DNA of 32,000 nucleotides from Dehalobacter restrictus DSM 9455 (GTDB taxonomy: Bacteria; Bacillota; Desulfitobacteriia; Desulfitobacteriales; Syntrophobotulaceae): the NCBI RefSeq assembly GCF_000512895.1, contig NZ_CP007033.1, positions 124,659 through 156,658 on the forward strand. Reading direction: 5' to 3'. Positions 8,380-17,654 of the stretch are shown here, one piece after another; position 1 is the stretch's first letter; every line of letters begins with the position of its first letter. The position numbers were made by a program, and so were the translations under genes. The notes below the pieces were generated by a model that saw only the letters and a list, made by a program, of their open reading frames with translations, was not told the DNA's origin and made no database searches.

Positions 8380-8571
8380 TTACGCTTTTTCGGTAATCAG
8401 GATTTTATGTTCCAAAAGCTTAATTTCCTGAATTATACCGTTAATCGTTTTTTCGTCTCCCAATAAACCTGTTAAAAAGATTTTACCAGAGTCAACCTTC
8501 ATGTTCGCAACATTTTCCATAACCATTTTTTCTCCGTCAGGAGTCAGAACATAAGCATTCGATTCACACAT
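8380..8571 (-). CDS. cooT: CooT-family nickel-binding CODH maturation protein
   Basis: 63 aa beginning MCE (Cys2 is the Ni ligand in CooT), with a predicted all-beta small protein fold. GAAAGGTG lies 7 nt upstream. Located inside a cooS/acs operon. Confidence 0.7.
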   Translation of the reverse strand: MCESNAYVLTPDGEKMVMENVANMKVDSGKIFLTGLLGDEKTINGIIQEIKLLEHKILITEKA

Positions 8572-8615
8572 ACTATATCACCTTTCTTAACAGTTATTCT
8601 ATGGTTTTATTTCAT

Positions 8616-10550
8616 TCAGATGATTTTGCGCGGATCCTTGACCGTTGGAAATCTTTCTATTTCGGTGTGGGGAAGGAAACAGGCGGATATGAATTCTCCC
8701 ATGTAGGAGCTGTCGGTACTGAGTTCCAGGTAAGTCATATGAGAGGCAATATCCTCGGCTTTTTTTCTGGCGTCAGTGCTTCGCAGGGTCAGATAACTGC
8801 CCATTAAGGAACTATTGCCGAGATATTTAAACTTTTCGACTGGAAGGTCCGGGAAAAGCCCAATGGTTATCGAGTTGTTCATACTAATATTTGTGCCGAT
8901 TCCGCCGGCAATATATATTTTGTCTATTCCGGAATAATCCATACCCATGCTGTTTAATAATACTGCTACAGCAGCGTAGACAGCGCCTTTGGCCCGGATA
9001 AAATTTTCCAGATCAATTTCCGTAATCGTAATATCTTTGGGGATATAATATTCTCCTCTGAAAGCGAACACGTATTCACCGATTCCATATTCGTCAAAAC
9101 GGATACGGCGAGTTTTTAGATTTCGGTTCAGACGTCCCCGGCTGTCAATAATGCCTGCTCGGAACATTTCGGCAATAGCATCAATGATTCCCGAGCCGCA
9201 TAAGCCAAGTGGAAGTTGGTTGTCAATCGTATCTATTGTAGGCTCAAAAGTTTTTCTGTCAATCCTGACATTTTCAATTGCGCCTGGTGCCGCACGCATC
9301 CCGGAACTTATTTCTCCGCCTTCAAACGCAGGCCCGGCGGAACAGGCACAGGTGAGTAAAAAGTCTTTATTGCCAAAGACAATCTCGCCATTGGTACCCA
9401 GGTCCATAAAAAGAATATTCTGATCTTCTGACCACAGGCCGGAAGCCAGGATGCCAGCAGTAATGTCTCCGCCGACATAGCTTGAAACTGAAGGCAAAAT
9501 ATATAAAAGGCTCTCTGAGTAGGCTTCTAACCCAAGGTCGGCAGCTTTAAGGTATTCAGAACTTAGGAAAGCGGGAATATAGGGTTCTTTCCGCAAATAG
9601 TCCGGATAAACGCCTAGCATAAGGTGCATCATGGTTGTATTCCCGGAGGCAACCATCACACTGATGTCGTCTTTGGAAATATGGGTTTCCTGTCTCATTT
9701 TCTTAAGCAAGGGATTAATCGTTTCTTTGATAATGGCATGAGTTAATTCCTGCAAGCCATTTTTCTTGGTTGCATGAATAATTCGATTGATTACATCAGC
9801 ACCATATTTAATCTGAGCGTTTCCGGCAGAGGCTTTGGCTATAATCTTTCCGTTATAAAGATCGACCAGGAAGGCAGCTACAGATGTAGTTCCTACATCT
9901 ATAGCTGCTCCATATAGCCTGTCGGAAGTATCATCAGGTTCAATATTGATAACTCTGATTCTTTCGCTGTTTTCTGCAAAATACGTAACAGTCGCGTGAA
10001 AATCATTTTCTCTTAGAACATGAGGGATCTTTTTTAGGATTGGTAGTCGACAAAGGGCTTCACTGTAAGAAATATTTTTAAGCAGATGTCTTTTAATTCT
10101 GTCCCAGTCAGAGATGCAGTCATCAAGGCTTGGTAGGTCTAACTCCATATAGGCCTTTTGCATCGGGGAGTTAAATAGAATATGGTTCTCGGCAGCCAGG
10201 TTAATGACCGTGTCGATAATCTGTTGATCTTTCGTTCCAGCCAAGTCCTCAACTTTCATTCCGCTTAGTGCGGATGTCTGGATAGCCGGCACTTCAACAG
10301 TAATATCGCCATTAATTTTGGAATTACATGCTAAGACAAAACCCTGTGCTAGTTCAGATTCAGTAATGTGATGGCTTTTACGAAAATTTACACTGCCTTT
10401 AAGAACCTTTAGCTTGCATTTGCCGCATGATCCGAGTCCATTGCAAGGCGCATCAAGGAAGATACCAGCTTTGCGGGCCGCATCGAACAGTGTCTCACCT
10501 AATTTAGCAATCACAACGGTGTTTTCAGGGATAAATTTTACTTTAAACAT
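8616..10550 (-). CDS. acsV: Reductive activator of corrinoid enzymes (RACo / AcsV): N-terminal 2Fe-2S ferredoxin plus ASKHA ATPase domain
   Basis: N-terminal plant-type ferredoxin motif CNGLGSCGKCK...LAC. ASKHA-type motifs AIDVGTTS and DLGTNGE. The ATG at 10550 (MFKVKFIPE) is preferred. Lies directly downstream of acsB. Confidence 0.85.
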   Translation of the reverse strand: MFKVKFIPENTVVIAKLGETLFDAARKAGIFLDAPCNGLGSCGKCKLKVLKGSVNFRKSHHITESELAQGFVLACNSKINGDITVEVPAIQTSALSGMKVEDLAGTKDQQIIDTVINLAAENHILFNSPMQKAYMELDLPSLDDCISDWDRIKRHLLKNISYSEALCRLPILKKIPHVLRENDFHATVTYFAENSERIRVINIEPDDTSDRLYGAAIDVGTTSVAAFLVDLYNGKIIAKASAGNAQIKYGADVINRIIHATKKNGLQELTHAIIKETINPLLKKMRQETHISKDDISVMVASGNTTMMHLMLGVYPDYLRKEPYIPAFLSSEYLKAADLGLEAYSESLLYILPSVSSYVGGDITAGILASGLWSEDQNILFMDLGTNGEIVFGNKDFLLTCACSAGPAFEGGEISSGMRAAPGAIENVRIDRKTFEPTIDTIDNQLPLGLCGSGIIDAIAEMFRAGIIDSRGRLNRNLKTRRIRFDEYGIGEYVFAFRGEYYIPKDITITEIDLENFIRAKGAVYAAVAVLLNSMGMDYSGIDKIYIAGGIGTNISMNNSITIGLFPDLPVEKFKYLGNSSLMGSYLTLRSTDARKKAEDIASHMTYLELSTDSSYMGEFISACFLPHTEIERFPTVKDPRKII

Positions 10551-10601
10551 GTTGCACCACACCCCTTCTGATAGGACAGTCCTATAACAGTACTGCTTAA
10601 A

Positions 10602-12728
10602 TTACATCAGCGGATCCATTGTTAAGGCAGGGTGACCTTTTTCACTTAAATACTCTAAGACTGCTTCGGATTCTGAAGCAATTGTTTCATCGCAGATCAT
10701 ATCGACAAAATTGTCTATTCCATACATCTCTTTGGCGGTTGCATTCAGTTTGTCAGCAACAAATTCTTTAAGCTCTTTTGGCATCCAGACAATACGCCCA
10801 GGACCACCTTCAGCTGAGATGAATTTTTTGGAGGAGATGAACTGTCTGCCGTGTCCCATAAATCCAGGAGTCTGAACGCCGCCACCTGTCATGGAAGCCA
10901 GTTCGCCGAACGTCATGCCCACCGGAGATACGCCGGAGAACTCTCTGTTCACGATGACAATGCCGTTGGCTTCCGGCATAATGCCAGCAATACATTCAAA
11001 GCAGCCGCAGGAAGTCATCGGATCTTCCAGTAAACTGTACAGCGTAATCTGGCTCAAAGCGCCTTGGGAGTGCCGTTCCACGGTTTTGTTGACTTCTTGC
11101 CAGATACCTTTGACAGGATCATCAACAGGACCTTTGTTAATTGGCTGACAAGGACCGGTTGGATCGAGCTCAAAAGTAGCTTTGGAATCAAGCCAGCTTA
11201 CGGCGCCGCATAATCCTAGTCTTTCCGGTGTAACAATGCACACATGGGAAGGGGCAAAGGACTGGCAAAGAATACAGGTATAAAAAGTGTCGACACTTTC
11301 ATCAGTCAGACTGGCAATACGCTCGTCTCTTGCTGCATATTTGGGAACAACCTGCTGGGTTTTCACTTCTTTGACTTTGTCAGGATCAGTAATAATCGTG
11401 ACCTGACATTTGTCGACGACTGCGCCAAACTCGTCCAGCATCTTGGCATACAGCACTTCACCAAAATGGCGTAGTCTGAAGCCTTTTTCGTAAGCATCCT
11501 TGCTGATACGGATCCAGGTGGCGTCTCTCTGGCCGACGTGCATGATGCCTTCAATATAGTTCATAAAATAGTGGATTCTTCTTTCCAGAACCGGCTCAAA
11601 ATCTGAATGCATGCTCTTGCCGGCTACTTCGACGAGTACTGCCAGAGGCATTCTTCCGGGGACCTGCTGCACGGTGTCAATATCGTCACCAATGATCACA
11701 ATCTTATGATCCTCAATCTCACTGGCTTCTCTTTGCGTAACAAGCTCCCAGGACTCTGTTTTGCTGCCGCCGAATTCAACAAACATAGCATCTTTTCTGA
11801 TTCTCTCTCCTTCAAAAGCAGCAGCAAAAGCAACCGGAATCGGAATTTCTGTGATCTTTATCTTAATGCCTCTGATCTCAAGGGAAGTTGCAGCCATTTT
11901 ATCGTAATCTTTTTGGGTGATAAGCTTCATCGGGACTTCGGCAACATCCTGGTCGGTTACAACCGGGAAGCCGAGGTTAATCGCAGCTGCGCCTGCAGCA
12001 ACTTTGTAATTGCTTAAAGGTCCTACTGCATTGACAAAAGCTTTCAATCTTTTATAGGTATAACGCTTGAATTCTTCCCAGTCGCCAGGGGTCAAGGCTC
12101 CAAAGATTAAAGCAGCGCGGATGGTTACCGTAACGACGTGGATTACAGAGGTCATGTTATAACCTAAAGGCATGACCCTGAACTCAAGTCCTACTTTGAC
12201 CCCGCCTTCAATGGCCTGATCGATGACTTTACCGACAAGGAAGGTTAAAAGCCCTTTAGCTTGGTATTCTTTGATGACTTTGGCGGCTGATTCGGGGTCC
12301 GGAAACTCACCAATGATAACCGCTTGCCCCGGGATATCGTCCATTACGAGACCAACACCCCAACCGCGGATAATCGCATCCGTCAAAAAACCCATGCACG
12401 GAGCTTCATAGGGCTTTTCGTCCACGACATACTTTAAAGCTTCAATAATTTCGGAAGAGACAGCAGCTGCCATGCCGGCATTCTCTGCTTCTCGAAGCTG
12501 TTCTTTTTCCACAATAAGGCTTCTGACAAGGTCTAAAGCACCTTCAAGTTCTCCCAGGGTGCCTATTTTTTTGCCGGTAATGGCATAAATAAGGGACAGG
12601 GAGTAAGCGGTATCCGGAAAAGCAACTTTATGCTCTCTTCCTTTTAAGGAGATTGCTTTTTCAACATATCCGGCAGCAGTATCGAGAGCTTGCTTGGCGC
12701 CTGCAAATATGGTGCTATATAAATTCAT
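10602..12728 (-). CDS. acsB: Acetyl-CoA synthase (A-cluster subunit, CODH/ACS alpha)
   Basis: 708 aa. Carries the A-cluster ligand region CILCQSFAPSHVC...LCGA...TSCGCFECIAG (the Cys-Gly-Cys motif). Confidence 0.95.
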   Translation of the reverse strand: MNLYSTIFAGAKQALDTAAGYVEKAISLKGREHKVAFPDTAYSLSLIYAITGKKIGTLGELEGALDLVRSLIVEKEQLREAENAGMAAAVSSEIIEALKYVVDEKPYEAPCMGFLTDAIIRGWGVGLVMDDIPGQAVIIGEFPDPESAAKVIKEYQAKGLLTFLVGKVIDQAIEGGVKVGLEFRVMPLGYNMTSVIHVVTVTIRAALIFGALTPGDWEEFKRYTYKRLKAFVNAVGPLSNYKVAAGAAAINLGFPVVTDQDVAEVPMKLITQKDYDKMAATSLEIRGIKIKITEIPIPVAFAAAFEGERIRKDAMFVEFGGSKTESWELVTQREASEIEDHKIVIIGDDIDTVQQVPGRMPLAVLVEVAGKSMHSDFEPVLERRIHYFMNYIEGIMHVGQRDATWIRISKDAYEKGFRLRHFGEVLYAKMLDEFGAVVDKCQVTIITDPDKVKEVKTQQVVPKYAARDERIASLTDESVDTFYTCILCQSFAPSHVCIVTPERLGLCGAVSWLDSKATFELDPTGPCQPINKGPVDDPVKGIWQEVNKTVERHSQGALSQITLYSLLEDPMTSCGCFECIAGIMPEANGIVIVNREFSGVSPVGMTFGELASMTGGGVQTPGFMGHGRQFISSKKFISAEGGPGRIVWMPKELKEFVADKLNATAKEMYGIDNFVDMICDETIASESEAVLEYLSEKGHPALTMDPLM

Positions 12729-12783
12729 GTATATTCCCCTTTCCGTAGAATTCCCCCAGGCCGTTGCAAGACAAGACTATCAA

Positions 12784-13569
12784 TCATAGCTCCAGGTAGG
12801 AATCGGCATATAACATATTGCCTTTAATCATGTCACAGGTTTTGATTGTCTCCATAAGCCTGTGGTCGCAAGGGTTTACAATGGCTGCAGTCAGACCGCA
12901 TTGCATGGCCATTGCACAATAGGTGGCGTCAATGATCGGACGGACATGTTTTGGAGCACCATTGGAGACATTGCTTAATCCAGCATTGGTTCTGAGGCCC
13001 ATTTCCGTGATCTGGCGAATGGTCTCAAGGACTTCCGGTGCTTTTTCCTGCATGCCCTTGATGACCAGAAACAGCGGGTCAAATAAGAGATCCATCGGGT
13101 CGATACCGAGCATCATTGCTTTTTCCAGCATTTCGGTGCAGTAGGTGATGCGTTCTTCAACGTCAGAAGGAATGCCGTCTTTAGCACACAGGGCAATAGC
13201 CATGGCATCGTTGGCGGCGGCGACTTCTAAGAGCCCCAGTCTTGGACCGGCATCGGCAGAATTGATAATCGGTTTGCCTTTGGAACGGTTGTAGACTCTG
13301 ATACCGGCTTCAATTGCTTTTTTATTGGCTGTATCCAAACAAATCGGAACATTATCAAATTCATTCTGCAGAAGCTGAACGGCCCAGGCCATGACTTCTT
13401 CGCCGTCTCTTTCGGCAGGTCCAATATTCAGGTCGAGGTAAACAGCACCGGCATCAAGCTGTTCTTTAGCTCTCTGGAGAATCGGGGCAGGATTACGGTC
13501 AGCGATGGCCTGCCGAATGACTGGAGAAATACAGTGGATTCTTTCACCAATTATTAAAAATCTATCCAT
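12784..13569 (-). CDS. acsE: Methyl-H4folate:corrinoid iron-sulfur protein methyltransferase
   Basis: Pterin-binding (DHPS-like) TIM barrel: IIGERIH..., YLDLNIGP, CLDT, GLSNVSNG. Lies between acsB and acsC. Confidence 0.9.
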   Translation of the reverse strand: MDRFLIIGERIHCISPVIRQAIADRNPAPILQRAKEQLDAGAVYLDLNIGPAERDGEEVMAWAVQLLQNEFDNVPICLDTANKKAIEAGIRVYNRSKGKPIINSADAGPRLGLLEVAAANDAMAIALCAKDGIPSDVEERITYCTEMLEKAMMLGIDPMDLLFDPLFLVIKGMQEKAPEVLETIRQITEMGLRTNAGLSNVSNGAPKHVRPIIDATYCAMAMQCGLTAAIVNPCDHRLMETIKTCDMIKGNMLYADSYLEL

Positions 13570-13650
13570 GTTAGGAGCACCTCCGAAATTTTTTATTGAG
13601 AACAGAATACTTCGAGTTAATACTTCAGGTTAATTCGTATCTTTTTCAGT

Positions 13651-15006
13651 TCAGTTAATGCCTTCCATCGTCCTTAAGAATTTAGGAAGATGCATGGCTT
13701 CATCAGGACCAATGATAACTTCCCAGTCAGGAAGACTGTCCTGGATGTCACCTTTCAGAACGGCAACTTTTCCAGGGATAATAAGCTTTCTGCATTTCGT
13801 TTTGCTTTCAATGCCAGACTCTTTAATGAATTTGGCAATGACCGAGCCGCTAAACTTGCCTGCGGCCCATGCTGTCAGTACAGAGTAACCGCCGGCATCA
13901 GGGATTCCCATCCAGGCCGGTACTTTGGATCTTTCCACTTCACCGGAAACAACAAAGTAAGTCAGGGCAAAGTCGACCGTAATCAAAACAGGTGAGTTGT
14001 CGCCAGGGTTATTGATCGGATAGAATTCCGGTTCAACTCTCATCGGTTTCTGCGGGTCAGTATAGATATTCTGTCTTAAACCGAAGAGCGGGAGAGCGCG
14101 GGTGTAATCCATATCGTCCATAACAATAAGGGAACCATATTTCATGGTGAACAGGGAGGCCAGAGCAACTTCCATAAATTTGTCGCCTTTGGCCAGCTCG
14201 TTGACAAAGACTACGGAAGGATAACCAAAGGTTCTGTCTTGTTCTTTTAAAGCTGTTCTGCGGATCTGCACAGCGTTGGTAAAAGCTTCACGTGCGGAAG
14301 CGTTGCTGATATCCAGCAGTAATTCTTTGTAATCAAGTTTCTGGACATTTTCAACCAGATCATACAATTCAGAAAGTGAGGGGGCTTTTAAGCCGAGAGG
14401 CAGTTTGAGCTCCTTGACCAAAGCAACCATTTCCTGATAGTTGTTGCTGTTAGCACCGAATACGATCGGGAGTTCATCTTTGACCAGTTCCAAAGCATCT
14501 TTCAGCACGGAAACATCGGCGCATACCAGCATATAGGCTACTTTTAAACCGGAAGCTTTGACTTTGTTGATTAAAGCCAGATAAGCGTCTTTGTTTCCAA
14601 CATACTGTAGGGCAGCAATTTCAGCTTTCATTTCTTCGCCGATTCGGACATAGTCGACGTTTTTCATATTGGCGATTTTCGCATCAATTTGTTCCTGGGA
14701 CATCGCATCGGAAAGCAGTACAGCAAATCTGTTGCGGTTGACAAAGGTTTTCTCGTGACGGAAAAGAACAGTTTCACCGCCAAGTTTACATTCGGCTTCT
14801 CCTTTGCCGAAAGTCACGATCTTCATCAGGGGAGCCGTGGACTCAGAGAGCTTTGCCATCGCATCATCACTCATGTGCGAACACTTGCTTATTTCTACAC
14901 CGCCGGCTGCTACCTTCATCGCAAAAGCCATACAGGTAGGAAAGCCACATTCTTTACAGTTGGTTTTGGGAGTCAGTTTATAGATATCCAATCCGGACAT
15001 TGCCAT
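13651..15006 (-). CDS. acsC: Corrinoid iron-sulfur protein, large subunit (gamma)
   Basis: N-terminal 4Fe-4S motif TNCKECGFPTCMAF followed by TIM-barrel and B12-binding domains. The ATG at 15006 (MAMSGLDIYKL) is 9 nt from GGAGG. The ORF-track start at 15012 is only 3 nt from it. Confidence 0.9.
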   Translation of the reverse strand: MAMSGLDIYKLTPKTNCKECGFPTCMAFAMKVAAGGVEISKCSHMSDDAMAKLSESTAPLMKIVTFGKGEAECKLGGETVLFRHEKTFVNRNRFAVLLSDAMSQEQIDAKIANMKNVDYVRIGEEMKAEIAALQYVGNKDAYLALINKVKASGLKVAYMLVCADVSVLKDALELVKDELPIVFGANSNNYQEMVALVKELKLPLGLKAPSLSELYDLVENVQKLDYKELLLDISNASAREAFTNAVQIRRTALKEQDRTFGYPSVVFVNELAKGDKFMEVALASLFTMKYGSLIVMDDMDYTRALPLFGLRQNIYTDPQKPMRVEPEFYPINNPGDNSPVLITVDFALTYFVVSGEVERSKVPAWMGIPDAGGYSVLTAWAAGKFSGSVIAKFIKESGIESKTKCRKLIIPGKVAVLKGDIQDSLPDWEVIIGPDEAMHLPKFLRTMEGIN

Positions 15007-15056
15007 TTTCATTTTCCTCCTTGAATCAAATTACTATCAAAGTCTTCAAATATTAA

Positions 15057-16001
15057 TTATTTCAGGTTATTCACCAAAGCACGGATCGTCTCTGCGGAAC
15101 GCGGATGACGCAGAACAACAGCATCGGAACCGACGGCGATAACACTGGCGGCGGTGGAAACCTCCATGGCAATTCCACGCTCTTCCTGGCAGCCCCATTC
15201 CGGAGAATCTTCCTCTGTAGAGGCAGACTCTTTAACGTCCCAGGTATCAAAAGCAACCGGTGTAATAATCGGCATCTGTAAGGTTTTATCATTTTGACCC
15301 AAAGCAGCCAGTCTGATTCTGTCAATGGTTGAAGCGACATACTCAAAACCATAACCGACAGGTGCGGTCCCGACATTCATTACGATATTTTCGTTTTTGA
15401 CTTCCAGTTGGTTGATTAAAATGTTTAATTGCTTAGCCAGGTTGATGTCAACCGAGGACTCAGCCGCTACTTTATGTTTATAAGCTGTTACGCCGGCTGC
15501 GGCAACATTCTTATAGTTATCTTCAACAGCGGATAACAGAAGGACATTTTTACCTTCCAGCTCTTGGGCTACTTTCTCAAATAATTTAAGGTCTTTCTCA
15601 TAATTTTGTGTCCCGGCAATAACAAGAGGCAGTTTAACAGCATTAGCAACTTCCTTAGCCAGAGTGGCACATTCTTCAAAGGATTTATTTAGGCCGTTCG
15701 GATCTGCGCCTTCAAACCGTAAGCAAATGAAATCAGGTGCAAATTTTTCTTCCACATATTTGGCCCATTCTACAGTATTTCCAACAACCGAACCATAAAG
15801 CTCTTTAAGGCCTTTTACCCAATTTTCCGGGTAAACATCAAGAATTTCTAAACCGATCTTTGTACCACTACCGGTATCACCGTCAAAACTGTAAAACGGA
15901 AACACATTCTGTCCACCGAGCGCTAAGGTGTTTTCCCCTGTCCCTAATTCCAAGTTGTAAATGCTTCCACTATACTTTTGGACTGAGGTTTTAAAAGCCA
16001 C
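15057..16001 (-). CDS. acsD: Corrinoid iron-sulfur protein, small subunit (delta)
   Basis: AFKTSVQKYSGSIYNLELG resembles CFeSP small-subunit N-termini. The GTG at 16001 has AAGGAGGAG 6 nt upstream. This removes the apparent 11-nt overlap with cooC given by the ORF track. Confidence 0.88.
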   Translation of the reverse strand: MAFKTSVQKYSGSIYNLELGTGENTLALGGQNVFPFYSFDGDTGSGTKIGLEILDVYPENWVKGLKELYGSVVGNTVEWAKYVEEKFAPDFICLRFEGADPNGLNKSFEECATLAKEVANAVKLPLVIAGTQNYEKDLKLFEKVAQELEGKNVLLLSAVEDNYKNVAAAGVTAYKHKVAAESSVDINLAKQLNILINQLEVKNENIVMNVGTAPVGYGFEYVASTIDRIRLAALGQNDKTLQMPIITPVAFDTWDVKESASTEEDSPEWGCQEERGIAMEVSTAASVIAVGSDAVVLRHPRSAETIRALVNNLK

Positions 16002-16020
16002 TAGAATCTCCTCCTTCTTC

Positions 16021-16788
16021 TTATAAACCAATTATTTGGCAGATATCTTTAATTGCCCGTTTTGATAAACTGTCATCAGGCAAATTAACCAAGGCTTTTC
16101 CCTGAGAATCATACGCATATATCAATGGATCCAGGGCAATGATTCCCAGCAGTCCCAATCCCTGCAAGGAAATTTCTTCAATAATTCCCTCGTTTAATTT
16201 CCCATCCGGGGCTTTATTGATAATTAAATATTGTTGAGCTACTTTTAAACCTAGTTCTTTGACCAGCTTGTTAATACGGCCTACCGCCTGGACACCGCGG
16301 CGCGAACAGTCACTGACGAGAATCAAAATATCAATGTTTCTTGCTGTTCCGCGGCTGAGGTGCTCCATGCCGGCTTCATTGTCAATTATGACATAGTTGT
16401 ACTTATCAGAGACTTTGTCCAGCTGTTCCCGTAAAATCCCGTTGACGAAACAGTAGCAGCCTTTGCCTTCGGATCTTCCCATGACGAGGAGGTCATAACC
16501 ATTTCCTTCAGTAATACCGGTATTCAGTTGGTACTGAAGGTACTGGGCCTTGGTCATTCCTCCAGGAAAGCCGTCACGCATAGTTTCTCTTAAATTGACT
16601 TCTTCTCTGATTTCTCCAAGCGTAACTTCGATTGTTTCTCCCAGCACTTCGTTCAAGTTAGCATTGGCATCTGCATCGACAGCAAGTACAGGTCCTTGCT
16701 TGTTTTTTACAAGGTAATCGATCAGAAGTCCAGTAATGGTTGTTTTTCCGGTTCCGCCTTTACCTGCTACCGCAATCGTTTTTCCCAT
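16021..16788 (-). CDS. acsF: CooC/AcsF-type Ni-insertion ATPase (MinD/ParA fold)
   Basis: Deviant Walker A AGKGGTGKTT and the metal-binding CxC motif (GKGCYCFVNG). Confidence 0.8.
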   Translation of the reverse strand: MGKTIAVAGKGGTGKTTITGLLIDYLVKNKQGPVLAVDADANANLNEVLGETIEVTLGEIREEVNLRETMRDGFPGGMTKAQYLQYQLNTGITEGNGYDLLVMGRSEGKGCYCFVNGILREQLDKVSDKYNYVIIDNEAGMEHLSRGTARNIDILILVSDCSRRGVQAVGRINKLVKELGLKVAQQYLIINKAPDGKLNEGIIEEISLQGLGLLGIIALDPLIYAYDSQGKALVNLPDDSLSKRAIKDICQIIGL

Positions 16789-16793
16789 CGAAA

Positions 16794-17567
16794 CTACCTC
16801 TTTTCTAGATCAAAGCAGAGCTTAATTGCTTTGACTTCCTCAACAATCTTGCTGTTCATGAAGGGAGACTGATCTGGCCGGTCAGAATTGACGACGTCTA
16901 CGTTGTAAGAGATAAAGCCCAGGCAGGCTTCAGGATCGATATTTTCGAGGATATACGCTTTATCCAAATCGTTTTTGATCTTGTTGCCCACAGCATAAAT
17001 TTTCGGTATGCCAATATCGGAAGCTAATTTCTTAATCTTGTGGTACGTTTGGAGACTCCTAGCTCCGGGCTCAACGACCACAATAAAGGTATTCACACCC
17101 TGGGCTGTTCCTCTGCCGAGATGCTCAATCCCGGCTTCCATATCCATAACGACAACATCTTTATTTTGCAGGACTAAATGAGAAGTAAGTCTTTTCAACA
17201 GGACATGTTCCGGGCAAACGCAGCCGCTGCCGCCGCTTTCGACGGTACCCATCGTCAACAGATTTACACCGTTACAGCAGGTACAGTATTTGTCCGGGAT
17301 ATCATCTACCTGAGGATTTAATTTGAATATTTTACTAAAGGAATCGGTCGGGGTACTTGTTCTTTCTGCAATCAGTTCTTTCATTTCGGCAATCGGCACG
17401 ATCTTGGAAATAATCTCGTCAGGAAAACCAAGGGCTAAAGCCAGATTGGCATCAGGATCGGCATCAACTGCCAGGACCCGGTAGCCTTCCGCTGCATACA
17501 ACCTGCTTAGAATTGCTGCAAAAGTTGTTTTTCCGACGCCACCTTTACCTGTAATTGCTATCTTCAT
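16794..17567 (-). CDS. cooC: CooC-type CODH nickel-insertion ATPase
   Basis: Walker A TGKGGVGKTT and the CxC motif (GSGCVCPEH). Lies directly downstream of cooS. Confidence 0.85.
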   Translation of the reverse strand: MKIAITGKGGVGKTTFAAILSRLYAAEGYRVLAVDADPDANLALALGFPDEIISKIVPIAEMKELIAERTSTPTDSFSKIFKLNPQVDDIPDKYCTCCNGVNLLTMGTVESGGSGCVCPEHVLLKRLTSHLVLQNKDVVVMDMEAGIEHLGRGTAQGVNTFIVVVEPGARSLQTYHKIKKLASDIGIPKIYAVGNKIKNDLDKAYILENIDPEACLGFISYNVDVVNSDRPDQSPFMNSKIVEEVKAIKLCFDLEKR

Positions 17568-17654
17568 TTAAATCACCCCGACGCATCATTTATCTTTTGT
17601 TATCTGTTGCCTGAAGAAATTCTTCTGGCAAAAAAACGACCATGGCCGCGTTTT

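Noticed and set aside
16021-16031. Apparent 11-nt overlap of acsD (ORF-track TTG start at 16031) with the upstream cooC/acsF gene
   Set aside because: The GTG at 16001 has a much better RBS (AAGGAGGAG, 6-nt spacing) and gives the conserved AFKT... N-terminus. The overlap is an ORF-calling artefact.
17600-17650. AU-rich inverted repeats in the cooS-cooC gap (TGCCTGAAGAAATTCTTCTGGCA and AAAAAACG...CGTTTTTT)
   Set aside because: The stems are weak or imperfect and lie inside an operon. They could modulate cooS/cooC stoichiometry, but the evidence is too thin to call a terminator.
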